Positions 9,464-18,936 of a stretch of DNA of 64,000 bases are shown here, one piece after another (positions within the stretch are counted from its first letter, which is position 1; the number at the start of each line of letters is the position of its first letter). Origin of the DNA: Candidatus Latescibacterota bacterium. Its GTDB lineage: Bacteria > Latescibacterota > UBA2968 > GCA-2709665. Both the position numbers and the translations under genes were made by a program. Under the pieces are notes generated by a model. The model saw only the letters and a list, made by a program, of their open reading frames with translations. It searched no databases and had not been told where the DNA came from. The stretch lies in contig CBDDDZ010000002.1 in assembly GCA_965226795.1 (NCBI GenBank), positions 544,001-608,000 on the forward strand. Reading direction: 5' to 3'.

Positions 9464-12400
9464 TCAAAACACGTACCTCATCCCGATCTGCATTTCGCGC
9501 GGATCGCCGAGGCCGGACTGGACGGTGCCGTCGAAATTGAACAGCAGGCCCGCGGTGGAGGGGTCGCGGTAGTTGTCCGTGTTGAGCAGGTTGAAGATCT
9601 CGACAATGGCCTCCAGCGTGCCGTTGCCCATCGGAATGGGGCGCGTGAGGCGAACGTCCCATGAGAAGAATCCGTGATCCTTGCGCAGGGTGTTGCGCTG
9701 GACGATGGCGCCGTCTGCGCAGATCCGGTCGGACGTGGGCCCCCAGGGATTGGTCGTGGGCCGGGTAGACGCCCGGTTGTTGCCGCCGCAGGCGGCGGAG
9801 GTCGGCTGCGGCGAATAGAAGCTCAGGCGATTGTTCATCAAAACGTCGCCGGGCAATGCCGCCACCGCCCAGGCGTTGAAGCGATGGCGCTGGTCGCGAT
9901 CCGAAGAGCCCCATTCCCGATCCAGCCGGGTCGGATCGACGTACCGGTAGGTGAATGGGTCGCGTTCGTTGTCGTCGTCGGACCTGTCCCAGGACAATGT
10001 ATAGTTGATCTGGAACTGCAGGTCGTCATGCACGACACGCCGCAACCCGAAGCTGACGCCATGGTAGCGGGATCGGGCGGTGTTCTCGGTCACGGTCAGG
10101 TTGCCGACGCCGTTGTCGCCGTCCGGACCCAGGCCGGTTGACCATGGTAAACCGAACACCGCGTCGTTACGGTTGACGAAACGCGTGAGATTGTCGGTGC
10201 GGGAGTAGGTGTAATCGAAGGAGCCCACAAGCCCCGACGCCTGCAACTCGTGCTCGATACCCGCGTTGAGGCTGAGGGTTCGCGGGTTCTTGAAGTTCTT
10301 ATCGAAGACATGGATGTTGGGGCGATAGGGGTCCCCCTTGGGCGAGGGCAGCAGTTCGCCGTACGTCGGAGGCGGACCCAGGACCGGCGTCAACTCGCTG
10401 GACCGGAAAAGAGATTGCCCGCGCGAGCCGTTTGTCGAGCGGGCGCTGGCCAGGTTCAACCCGGGTATGCGGGCGTAGTAAATCCCGGCGCTGGCGCGCA
10501 AGAGGGTCTTGTTGTCACCGTGCGCGTCGTAGGCCAGGCCGATCCGCGGCTGGAACATATCCAGGTCGGAGGGGATTCTGCCGTTGGACGGGAAGCTGTG
10601 GGCGCCCACGTCGTTGGTCACGGTCTTGCCGATGAAATCGGCGAAGAAGACCCTGGAAGGATCGGTGATGGGGTCGGGCTGAATCTGCGACTCCCAGCGC
10701 AAACCGTAGTTGACCGTCAGTCTGTTGGAGGCCTGCCAGCTGTCCTGAACGAACAGGGCCAATTCGTGCTGCGGGATGTTCTGGGTGCCCGCTTCCTCCA
10801 CGGACAACCCGCCCGCGCCGGCCTGCTCCATGTAGAACATGACCGGTCCCGTGATTTGCGCGCCTTCGGCGCATACGCCCTCGGTGCTGAAACTTCCGTC
10901 GGAACATTCGACGTAGCGGTTGCCCTTTTCCACGAAGTTGAGGAACCCGTCCACCGAGTCGAAGATGTACCGTCCGTTGGCGAAACCGATAAAGGTCTGC
11001 GCGGATTCGACGCGGTTCCACTCGACGCCGGCCTTGAACAGGTGGCCGCCCCTGGCCAGGGAGATATTGTTGAGCAACTGGACGCGGGTGTCGTAGTATT
11101 CCACCGGTATGAAGAACGGCATGCCGAAGCGATAGCCGTGCATGTAATCCATGCCGGTGTCCGGGAAGGGGCGCCCGGTATCGGGGTTGACCGGACCCTT
11201 GTAGGGGCGTGGCCGATCCTCGCGGGAGACCTGGAATCGGAATTCATTGATGGTGTTGGGGGATAGAAGCGATACCAGGCTGCCGTTGAAGGCGTGCGAC
11301 CAGTCTCTTTCTATCGCATTGGCGCTGCGCGCCCAGGAGTCCACGTCGAAGGTGCCGTTTTCCTGTTCCGACCATGTGTAATTGTACTTGAAGGTGGCGG
11401 AATGGTCCTTCGAGAGGTGAAGATCCACTTTGGCCAGAAAGGCACGGGCGTCGTTGGTGCGGTCGATGGGGCCGTAGTCTTCCCGCAACGCCCCGTTGAA
11501 CCCGGTGTCCATAAAGCGCCGCAAGCGGGCGTCAATCCGCTCGATGTCGCTTTGCCGGGTGTCTCTTAACACCTGCTGGTCGTACGCCGCGAAGAAGAAC
11601 GCCTTGTCCCGGATCAGCGGGCCACCGAGCGTGAACCCGAACTGCCCCTGCCTGAAGCGGGGTCTGCGTTCGGCGCCGTTGTGCCTCGCGATTTCGGAGA
11701 GCGCGTCGTGCTTGCCGAAAAAATGCGCCGATCCGCTCAGTCTGTTGGTGCCCGACTTGGTGATGACGTTGACGAAGCCGCCGCTGGAGCGCCCGAATTC
11801 CGCATTGGCGCCCTGGGGAACCACAACGATTTCCGCAACGGCGTCCAGATTGAAGGTGAAGGCCGGGCGCTGACCCCCGCGTTGTTCGCCGAAGAACGGG
11901 TTGTTGAAATCGGCGCCGTCTACCGAGATATTGTTGTGGATGCCGCGTTGTCCGGCAATGGTCAATTCGTCTCCGTCCGGCCCCTGGACGATGCTCACGC
12001 CGGGGGTCAAGAGCGTGAGGTTCAGAAAATTGCGCCCATTGTTCGGCAGATTCTGTACCGCCTCCTCAGGCAGGCGGGTGGCCGTCTCGGTCCGGGTGAC
12101 GTCGACGGCGGGCCTTCTGGCCACAACGACGAACTCCTCCATTTCAATAATCATCTTGATGGTCAGTTCGACCGTCTCGCCAACCCGAACCTGCACCCCG
12201 GTCTGACGGGCATCGGCCCATCCCTCCGCCCGAACCGTCACGTCGTAGAAACCGAGAGGCAACAGGGTCGCGGTGAACAGACCCAGTTCGGACGACGCAA
12301 GGATTCTCCGGTAATTGGTACCTGCCTCCCTGAGGATAACGGTGGCGTCTCCAATGGGATTGTTGAACTGATCGCACACGAATCCGCGGATCACACCCGT

Positions 12401-12475
12401 GGTCGCCTGGGATTGGGCGCCCGCCGGGCGGTACATCAGGGCGATTGACAGCAGGAGGAGGAACAGCGTGCGCAT
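9464..12475 (-). CDS. TonB-dependent receptor (Oar-like) with carboxypeptidase-regulatory-like N-terminal domain
   Basis: Signal peptide MRTLFLLLLSIAL...AGA, LPNNGRNFLNL, AEFGRSSGGFVNVITKSGTN and C-terminal REMQIGMRYVF. ATG 12475 chosen over the extended ORF start. Confidence 0.9.
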   Translation of the reverse strand: MRTLFLLLLSIALMYRPAGAQSQATTGVIRGFVCDQFNNPIGDATVILREAGTNYRRILASSELGLFTATLLPLGFYDVTVRAEGWADARQTGVQVRVGETVELTIKMIIEMEEFVVVARRPAVDVTRTETATRLPEEAVQNLPNNGRNFLNLTLLTPGVSIVQGPDGDELTIAGQRGIHNNISVDGADFNNPFFGEQRGGQRPAFTFNLDAVAEIVVVPQGANAEFGRSSGGFVNVITKSGTNRLSGSAHFFGKHDALSEIARHNGAERRPRFRQGQFGFTLGGPLIRDKAFFFAAYDQQVLRDTRQSDIERIDARLRRFMDTGFNGALREDYGPIDRTNDARAFLAKVDLHLSKDHSATFKYNYTWSEQENGTFDVDSWARSANAIERDWSHAFNGSLVSLLSPNTINEFRFQVSREDRPRPYKGPVNPDTGRPFPDTGMDYMHGYRFGMPFFIPVEYYDTRVQLLNNISLARGGHLFKAGVEWNRVESAQTFIGFANGRYIFDSVDGFLNFVEKGNRYVECSDGSFSTEGVCAEGAQITGPVMFYMEQAGAGGLSVEEAGTQNIPQHELALFVQDSWQASNRLTVNYGLRWESQIQPDPITDPSRVFFADFIGKTVTNDVGAHSFPSNGRIPSDLDMFQPRIGLAYDAHGDNKTLLRASAGIYYARIPGLNLASARSTNGSRGQSLFRSSELTPVLGPPPTYGELLPSPKGDPYRPNIHVFDKNFKNPRTLSLNAGIEHELQASGLVGSFDYTYSRTDNLTRFVNRNDAVFGLPWSTGLGPDGDNGVGNLTVTENTARSRYHGVSFGLRRVVHDDLQFQINYTLSWDRSDDDNERDPFTYRYVDPTRLDREWGSSDRDQRHRFNAWAVAALPGDVLMNNRLSFYSPQPTSAACGGNNRASTRPTTNPWGPTSDRICADGAIVQRNTLRKDHGFFSWDVRLTRPIPMGNGTLEAIVEIFNLLNTDNYRDPSTAGLLFNFDGTVQSGLGDPREMQIGMRYVF

Positions 12476-12805
12476 CGGGGATTGGATATGGCGGCAGGTC
12501 ATGGCGTTTGCTGGCGTAGCGGATGTAGCTTCAGCTGAAGAATAACTTCCTTTGTGAATACCATTTGTCAACGGCGATGTGCCGGATCGCTCCCATTCGG
12601 GCCGAGGAAGGGTAGAACCATAGGGTTGGGCGGGTACTCCGCAGGGCTGGGACGCATCGCGACAACCGGAATGGATCCTTACCAGCGGGCGCCGTTCGGC
12701 ACCGACTGCACGTCCCGTCACCTAATAAAAAAAGCGACCTATAGTCGCCCGTGATTGCACTGCTCCGCCTAGTGTCCCGTCCCAGAAATATGTCACCATT
12801 CTTCC

Positions 12806-12840
12806 GCCTGTCTGCGTGCAGGGCTTCCGCACAGGCAGGC
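12806..12840. repeat. Palindromic repeat GCCTGTCTGCGTGC...GCACAGGCAGGC (degenerate copy of the 47654 family)
   Basis: Imperfect inverted repeat sharing GCCTGTCTGCGTGC with 47654-47693. Confidence 0.55.
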
Positions 12841-12977
12841 CGATTCATCCCGTCTGGCGGCGTTGCCTTCCCTCGCCGACCTTGCCCAGGTCGCCTCGCT
12901 CAGGCGCCTTGCCAGCCGGGCGACTCGACGCCCGAATTTCGGCAATCTATTTCCGGGACAGAACACCCGTCCCGCGC

Positions 12978-13490
12978 CTATGCTGCCGAGCCAGGCCGGC
13001 GCAACTCGACCCGCCCGCGTTCGAGCAGGATGACCACCCTGGCCACCGAACACTGCATCCGCTCGGCGATCGCCGCGATTGTTTCGCCCTCGTCCCGATA
13101 GAGGCGTACGACCTCTGCCTGGTCGATTCCGGGTACGTACCCTTTGTTTCCCTTCAACCCCGCGTGTTTGGTGACCTGTACATCTCCGGTAACCCCCACC
13201 TGGCAGGCCAGGCGCAGATTCCCTTTCAGCAGCAGAAAGCGCAGATTCTCCCTGGCGCCCCTTCCGGTGAGGCCGTCCTGCGGGACAACTTCGACCGTGC
13301 AGGTTCCGCACAACCCGTTGCCTTCGCAATTCACGAACCGGGAGATCCCGTTATAGAGACCGATATCGTTTTCAATGGCCAGTTGCCGGAGGTTGGTATG
13401 CGGTTTGCACTCGACCGTTTTGTCCCAGTTCGTGAACGTAACCTTGCAAACCTTTTTGCGCTCTGGCAGGCTGCCAATAAAAGTGGACAT
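12978..13490 (-). CDS. 2Fe-2S ferredoxin domain protein with C-terminal helix-turn-helix
   Basis: CEGNGLCGTC...RLACQ cluster ligands; tail EVVRLYRDEGETIAAIAERMQCSVARVVILL is HTH-like. Confidence 0.8.
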   Translation of the reverse strand: MSTFIGSLPERKKVCKVTFTNWDKTVECKPHTNLRQLAIENDIGLYNGISRFVNCEGNGLCGTCTVEVVPQDGLTGRGARENLRFLLLKGNLRLACQVGVTGDVQVTKHAGLKGNKGYVPGIDQAEVVRLYRDEGETIAAIAERMQCSVARVVILLERGRVELRRPGSAA

Positions 13491-13905
13491 GAAAACCTCG
13501 AAAATCAGCGGTCAGCAAACGGCCCGAAAAAAGCAAGACGCTAGACGTGAGAAGACAACCCCTCGCCCCGCTGATGTCGTGCCCGTATTTGCTTTCCCCC
13601 TGTCGAATCTCCTTTAGCTTCTCGCTAACATGGGTCCGGAGGCGGGGGGGCATGAACGCAGAGTTACCGACCCGTCTCCCTTCATACCTCTGACTTCTTG
13701 CCGACTACAAGGTATCGATTTTCGGCCCGGAAAACAAGCGGAAAACGGCTCTGACGCGATACAAAAAAAGACGGTTTTAAATCGGTGCGCGAGACGGCTA
13801 ACTTTGGTATATTGCAATAGGAATGAGCGCCAACCCCATCCGGGCAGATCGCTGCGGAACGAAGCAGGGCAGACAGGCGCCATACCGATTGACGAAAGCG
13901 AATAT

Positions 13906-14790
13906 ATGGCGAATCCATCCGCCGAGGCGGCCGTACGGCGGGCCGTGACCTCGCACTCCAGGCTCTTCGAAAACAACCGGTACGTCTATCCGGTGCTCTC
14001 GCGGCGCTCCGGAGGCATCTCCGTTGGCATCAATCTGAACCCGGACAAAATCTGCAACTTCGACTGCATCTACTGCCAGGTGGATCGCACGGTCGCGCCA
14101 GTGCTGCGCGACGTGGACGAGGACCGGCTGATCGACGAACTCAACGGCCTGCTTGGAGACACGATTGGAGGCCGCCTATTTCAGCACCCGGCCTTCCGGG
14201 AGATCCCCGATCGGCTCAAGCGGATCAACGACATCGCTTTTTCCGGCGACGGCGAGCCCACAACCTATCCCCGGTTCAGGGAGATCGTCGAAAAAACCGC
14301 GGCTGTAAAGCGGACGTTCGACCTGTCCGAGGTGAAAATCACCGCCATCACCAACTGCACCCGGTTCCACGTCCCGGCGGTTCTGGATGCCTTTGACGTC
14401 ATGCACAGGAACAACGGGGAGATCTGGGCAAAGCTGGAGGCTGGCACCGCCGAATATTACCACCTGGTGGAACGCACCCGCATCTCATTCGAACGGATCG
14501 TGGACAATCTGAAACTCGCCGCACGAAGATGGCCCCTGGTCATCCAGAGTCTGTTCATGCGGGTTCACGGACAGCCCCCTCCTCCGGAAGAAATCCTCGC
14601 CTTCTGCAATATCCTCTCCGACGTCATCGACGAGGGCGGAAGCCTCAAAAATGTCCAGATCTACACGGTCGCCCGGGATCCCGCCGAATCGTACGTGACC
14701 GCCCTGAGCGACGCCGAAGTCGATCTCATCACCCGAACCACCCGCGAAATCCTGCCCGGCATCCCCGTCGAATCCTACTACGGCGCCTGA
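13906..14790 (+). CDS. Radical SAM protein (COG0731-like)
   Basis: YVYPVLSRRSGGISVGINL, CNFDCIYC and FSGDGEPT; ATG 13906 chosen. Confidence 0.85.
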   Translation: MANPSAEAAVRRAVTSHSRLFENNRYVYPVLSRRSGGISVGINLNPDKICNFDCIYCQVDRTVAPVLRDVDEDRLIDELNGLLGDTIGGRLFQHPAFREIPDRLKRINDIAFSGDGEPTTYPRFREIVEKTAAVKRTFDLSEVKITAITNCTRFHVPAVLDAFDVMHRNNGEIWAKLEAGTAEYYHLVERTRISFERIVDNLKLAARRWPLVIQSLFMRVHGQPPPPEEILAFCNILSDVIDEGGSLKNVQIYTVARDPAESYVTALSDAEVDLITRTTREILPGIPVESYYGA

Positions 14791-15051
14791 ACCACATCAA
14801 TTTACATGGATGAACAGGATTGAAGCGGCGTGGTTTCAATCCTGTCTAACCTTATTTCCCGCCTTGCCGCACTTATATTAACTCCCTGGAATCAGCCCGA
14901 ATACAAACGTGCGACCCACAGCTCGCACTTGACCTGGTGCCATATCCCGCGCGATACCTGCCATTCCCTCTGCGTGTGGGACAGGTTAAATGCGAAATCT
15001 GTCTTGATTTATTTGATTTTCATTGTATCTACCAAATAATGGAGGAACGAT

Positions 15052-15294
15052 ATGGAAACCCGTGTGCAGAAATGGGGCAATAGTTTAGCCCTGCGCATTC
15101 CCAAGCCACTCGCTGATCAGATTGGACTTGAACCTAATTCACCGGTCGAATTATCGCTGCGCGGTAAGGAGTTGGTCATTGAACCTGTGAGCCCTTCCGA
15201 CTTGAATTTGGACGACCTTTTAGCCCAGGTGACCGAACACAACTTACACGGTGAAGTGGATCCTGGACCTCCGATAGGCGGTGAAGTCTGGTGA
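15052..15294 (+). CDS. mazE: AbrB/MazE antitoxin
   Basis: VQKWGNSLALRIPK...LDDLLAQVTEHNLHGEVD.GPPIGGEVW; RBS GGAGG. Confidence 0.9.
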   Translation: METRVQKWGNSLALRIPKPLADQIGLEPNSPVELSLRGKELVIEPVSPSDLNLDDLLAQVTEHNLHGEVDPGPPIGGEVW

Positions 15295-15332
15295 GGCCGA
15301 ACGAGTACGTACCACAGCGCGTCGATGCGGTC
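15291..15332 (+). pseudogene. mazF: 5' stub of a mazF toxin
   Basis: GTGA-coupled to mazE; begins MRPNEYVPQRVDAV (MazF-type YVPxRGDxV) and similarity then stops. Confidence 0.6.
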
Positions 15333-15434
15333 GGGCACAAACAAACCCTCTCAATATCAGGGCTTGAATCCAATATACAGCTTGACACTCTTTCCTCAAT
15401 TGCACATATTAAGTGTGCACTTCAAGGAGGAAAT

Positions 15435-15680
15435 ATGAAAGCAACCATTCTCGATTTACGTAGACGCATGAAAGACGTATTGCTCGCGCTCGACCGAAAC
15501 GAATCGGTCACCATCTATTATCGAGGCAAGGAAAAGGCAATCCTGTCACCCAGCCGTCAGAAGACGGAAATATCGGTAACAGACCATTCAGCTTTCGGGA
15601 TGTGGCGAGACAGGAAAGATATGGCAGACGTGGACAATTACGTCCGCAATCTGAGAAAAGGCCGGCTGGATGATCTTTGA
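15435..15680 (+). CDS. Phd/YefM-like antitoxin
   Basis: RBS AGGAGG; MKATILDLRRRMKDVLLALDRNESVTIYYRGKEKAIL; overlaps the PIN toxin. Confidence 0.8.
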   Translation: MKATILDLRRRMKDVLLALDRNESVTIYYRGKEKAILSPSRQKTEISVTDHSAFGMWRDRKDMADVDNYVRNLRKGRLDDL

Positions 15681-16047
15681 TACCGATGTTTTGATCTGGG
15701 TATTCAGGGGCCATGAAGGGGCTGCGCAATTTGTAGAAAGGCAAGATGACCGCCAGATATCGGTTGTAACGTATGCGGAACTGATCCAGGGTGCGAGAAG
15801 TCGGCAGGAATTAAGGGAAATCAAGTATTTCCTCAAAGATCACGCCTTTCAGACCTTGCCACTGACTGAAAATATCGGTCACAGAGCATCCGTATACATG
15901 GAGGAATATACGCTCAAGACGGCACTGTCACTGGCGGATGCCTTGATTGCGGCAACCGCCGTTGAACATCATCTGACACTTTGCACCGCCAATCGAAAAC
16001 ACTACCGCGCAATCAGTGAACTCGACTTGAAAACCTTCCGGCCATGA
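15670..16047 (+). CDS. vapC: VapC PIN-domain toxin
   Basis: MIFDTDVLIW, ISVVTYAELIQG, LADALIAATA and TANRKHY. Confidence 0.9.
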   Translation: MIFDTDVLIWVFRGHEGAAQFVERQDDRQISVVTYAELIQGARSRQELREIKYFLKDHAFQTLPLTENIGHRASVYMEEYTLKTALSLADALIAATAVEHHLTLCTANRKHYRAISELDLKTFRP

Positions 16048-16492
16048 TCGTTCAAGGCCGTTGAATCCCGGCAAACGGATCGCAAATCCACATGCACAAC
16101 GAAACCCAACGGACTCCATCAAACCGTTGGGCTTTTCCTATCACGGCGTCAAATCTGAAGACCCACCAACTATCGTTTGTCCCGCCAGCATGAACAGCCA
16201 ATGCGAGACTATCTACGTTCCGACGAATTTCTTTCCTTTTGCGAAATATAAACTGATATCCTGAATGAGGGCGGAAGACGCTTTGAAACGCCTGTGGCTC
16301 TTGGGAATGGGCTCAAACAACCCCAACATCAATTACGAGCAGAATAGAACAATGATAAAGATGAAATCTTGGGGACATTTGGTCTTAGCCTGACCAATTC
16401 ATGAATTGTCACGGCTAGCTGCCTTAGTCGCCAATCAATCAACTCAACCTCCGCCTAATGGCTTGTCGAGCCGTTGAGGAAACGGGCGTGAA

Positions 16493-16517
16493 GGTGGGGC
16501 AGACATTCCTGTCTGCC
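16493..16517 (+). repeat. REP-like palindrome GGTGGGGCAGACATTCCTGTCTGCC
   Basis: GGCAGACA/TGTCTGCC hairpin with a GTGG foot; inverted copies at 16840-16865 and 62801-62826. Confidence 0.8.
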
Positions 16518-16577
16518 GTTCTCAATGTCCGTCTCCCGGAACGCAGACAGAAGAAGGGCTTGCGCCGCCTTTATAGC

Positions 16578-16603
16578 GTAGGGGCGACCGGCCGGTCGCC
16601 CCC
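16578..16603 (+). repeat. GTAG-family REP (GTAGGGGCGACCGGCCGGTCGCCCC)
   Basis: GTAG foot plus a perfect GC-rich palindrome; a degenerate relative lies at about 62070-62088. Confidence 0.8.
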
Positions 16604-16612
16604 TTCACGCAT

Positions 16613-16795
16613 TCAGGCTTTTGAGGGATCTTCCCACTCGGTGTCAGTCCACGGTTCGGGGTGTCCCTTGAGCCAAAGCTTACGCGCTGCCTTAAAGGCG
16701 CGGCGTTTGTCCCGAGGGATCTCGTCAGCGAGGCGAAACGTGATCCAATAGATAGCGCCGTCCTTCTTCCAGTGCGGGAGACGGCGGCGAGTCGT
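16613..16795 (-). pseudogene. N-terminal remnant of a REP-associated tyrosine (HUH/Y1) transposase, RAYT-like
   Basis: RRRLPHWKKDGAIYWITFRLADEIP matches the typical RAYT N-terminus. It ends before any HUH motif and lies between inverted REPs. Confidence 0.75.
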
Positions 16796-17028
16796 GGCGT
16801 GCCGGACACAGGATTCTGAGGTTTCGGTTTGATTTATGTGAGCAGACAGGAATGTCTGCTCCACCTTTTCAAGCTTTGGTTCGAGGTATCGCTTGAGCGC
16901 GTGAACCATCTGAGACAAATCGCCTGTATTTGCTTCCACTTTCCGAAGCAGCAAGGTGTCACTGTCCCCTGTCTGGGTGCAGGTGACGCACAGTCAGGCT
17001 GGTCAGGACGCCCTCGTCGAAGGCGCCT
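16796..17028 (-). repeat. ~230-bp structured non-coding element including a REP (copy 1)
   Basis: Colinear and highly similar to 62756-62981; several hairpins. Confidence 0.85.
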
Positions 17029-17143
17029 TCCATATTCTTGCCGCATCGACTCGCAAGAGAGACCCTGTCATAATTATTTTGAATATCCACCGTAGTTTGA
17101 TCCCAATTCATTGTTATAACATTATTTGCGTCACCACAATACA

Positions 17144-17509
17144 ATGACTTGGGTAAGGGAACTCCTTGTTTATGAATTATCCAGGTTAGCAGTCGTTTAT
17201 GTGTTGCTCTACGTCGCGCAGTTTTGGGTTGTAATGTCTCAGGTGTCCAGATGGACCGGTAAGATCTGGCTGGCCCTGATCATATCGTTAGCTATTGTAT
17301 TTCTACGGATTCCGATCCGTATTCTTCCATTTGATGTTCCGTGGTTTTTGGCTGTGAATTGGTATTTCGAGGGCACAATATGGATCGGACAATGGGGATT
17401 ATGGACCTGGGGTTACCTATTTACTTGGATCATAATTGGGTTAATCGAAAACATCTACGGCGGATCTCCTTTGAAAGATGGCTCTGGAGATTCCAAGCCT
17501 ACAGGATGA
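17144..17509 (+). CDS. Hypothetical membrane protein, low GC
   Basis: About three hydrophobic segments; AT-rich relative to the window. Confidence 0.55.
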   Translation: MTWVRELLVYELSRLAVVYVLLYVAQFWVVMSQVSRWTGKIWLALIISLAIVFLRIPIRILPFDVPWFLAVNWYFEGTIWIGQWGLWTWGYLFTWIIIGLIENIYGGSPLKDGSGDSKPTG

Positions 17510-17531
17510 ACCCAATTTTACATATTCTCTT

Positions 17532-17789
17532 ATGAAAGTGCCTCTTCACAAACTCGGCCGACGCGTGAAAGACGTATTGCTCGCGCTTGACCGGAACGAA
17601 TCCGTCACCATTCTCAATCGAGGCAAGGAGAAATCCATCCTGTCTCCCAGCCGGCAGCGAACAGATAAATCCGAAACGGACCATACAGCTTTCGGGATGT
17701 GGCGAGACAGGAAAGATATGGCGGACGTCGACGTTTACGTCCGGAATCTGAGAGACGGACGTCTGGATCGCAGTCTGAACACCGGATAG
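17532..17789 (+). CDS. Orphan, possibly degenerate, paralog of the 15435 antitoxin
   Basis: KDVLLALDRNESVTI..RGKEK.ILSPSRQ...AFGMWRDRKDMADVD.YVRNLR.GRLD is shared with 15435-15680; no toxin follows. Confidence 0.75.
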   Translation: MKVPLHKLGRRVKDVLLALDRNESVTILNRGKEKSILSPSRQRTDKSETDHTAFGMWRDRKDMADVDVYVRNLRDGRLDRSLNTG

Positions 17790-18110
17790 TCGATCGCGAA
17801 TCCCCAGGGACCCGGCGATTGCCCGTTCTTTTCGCCAATCGGGACGAAAATCGGCATACACAATAAAGAAGCCCAACGTTCGCTTTTGAGCCGTTGGGCT
17901 TTTACAATCAGAGCGTCGAATCTGTAAAACCTGCCAACTGCCTTATCCGAACGCATTTCGCCAATAGTGCGGCTGGACGTCCCGCAGTTTTCTGGCTTGC
18001 CATTTGTGGGGATTGCCGGGCACTGGAACGGCGACTTCGACGTCGAGTCCCCAAAGCGCGAGCATTTCGACAAGCTTGCTTCGACAAGCCGTTTCGACAG
18101 GCACCCCGAT

Positions 18111-18893
18111 CTACGGCCAGACCTCGGGGAAGTGTTCCCCTTCCATCAACGCCCCGTCCGGGACCTCCACGAACGGCTTCATGACGTGTTGTCCGGCGGC
18201 CACGTACCGCGTCTCCTGGGTCATGTAATGGATGGCGATGGCGCGGCGCGGGCGGTTGCTCGTGTTGGCGTGCGACCCGTGCCAGGTCAGCGCGTGATGG
18301 TAGTGCACCTCGCCCTTCCTTACCGGACACCGCACGATTTCCACTCGGCGTCCGGTCCACTCCCGGGGCATGCCCTCGTAATTCTTGACCGACCGTATGA
18401 AGTCGATCTGGTTCCCCCATCCGTGGGATCCCGGGACCATACTCATGCATCCGTTCGCCTCGTCCACGTCGTCCAGCGCCACCCACGCGCTCACCTCCGT
18501 CATCGGTTCGATAATCGGCCACAGGGGCGCATCCTGGTGCCACATGGTGACCCCGCCCCGCTCCGCGGGCTTGTACTGGATCTGATCGTGCCATACCCGC
18601 AACCGATTCGCTCGTGTCAGTTGCGCCACCTCCTCCACAACCTTGCGCATGCCCATCAGTTCCCGAAACGGGTCGCTAGCGGCCCAGATATTGACAATTT
18701 GCCAGACCGGCGTATCCGGATCCGGGTTCAGATTCCGCAGGTGGACCGGCTGCGGCACGTCCGGTCGGCCCCGTTCCGCAATCACCCGGTCCAGCTCAAG
18801 CCGCAGCGTTTCCACCTGCGCGACGTCCAGGAGGCGCCCGGCGTTCAGGAAACCCCGACTGTGAAATTCGGTGATCTGTGCGTCGGTCAACAT
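18111..18893 (-). CDS. Phytanoyl-CoA dioxygenase family (PhyH) protein
   Basis: WHQD, AWVALDDVDEANGCMSMVPGSH and HGSHANTSNRPRRA. Confidence 0.88.
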   Translation of the reverse strand: MLTDAQITEFHSRGFLNAGRLLDVAQVETLRLELDRVIAERGRPDVPQPVHLRNLNPDPDTPVWQIVNIWAASDPFRELMGMRKVVEEVAQLTRANRLRVWHDQIQYKPAERGGVTMWHQDAPLWPIIEPMTEVSAWVALDDVDEANGCMSMVPGSHGWGNQIDFIRSVKNYEGMPREWTGRRVEIVRCPVRKGEVHYHHALTWHGSHANTSNRPRRAIAIHYMTQETRYVAAGQHVMKPFVEVPDGALMEGEHFPEVWP

Positions 18894-18936
18894 CGTTCTG
18901 TGCCCCTTCAGAATTCGGAAATAGTGTGGTTCCCGT

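Noticed and set aside
15291..15680. 129-aa ORF as a single gene
   Set aside because: It is a mazF stub in frame with an antitoxin that has its own RBS and ATG at 15435.
16613..16954. 113-aa and 160-aa (62433-62915) ORFs sharing an N-terminus
   Set aside because: The shared part is the non-coding element and REP; substitutions are mostly non-synonymous in that frame.
16900..17028. Assignment of the element to hammerhead, HDV-like ribozyme, group II intron or a known riboswitch
   Set aside because: I could not find the CUGAUGA/GAAA core, a full HDV topology, domain V or a riboswitch consensus by eye, so it is left unassigned.
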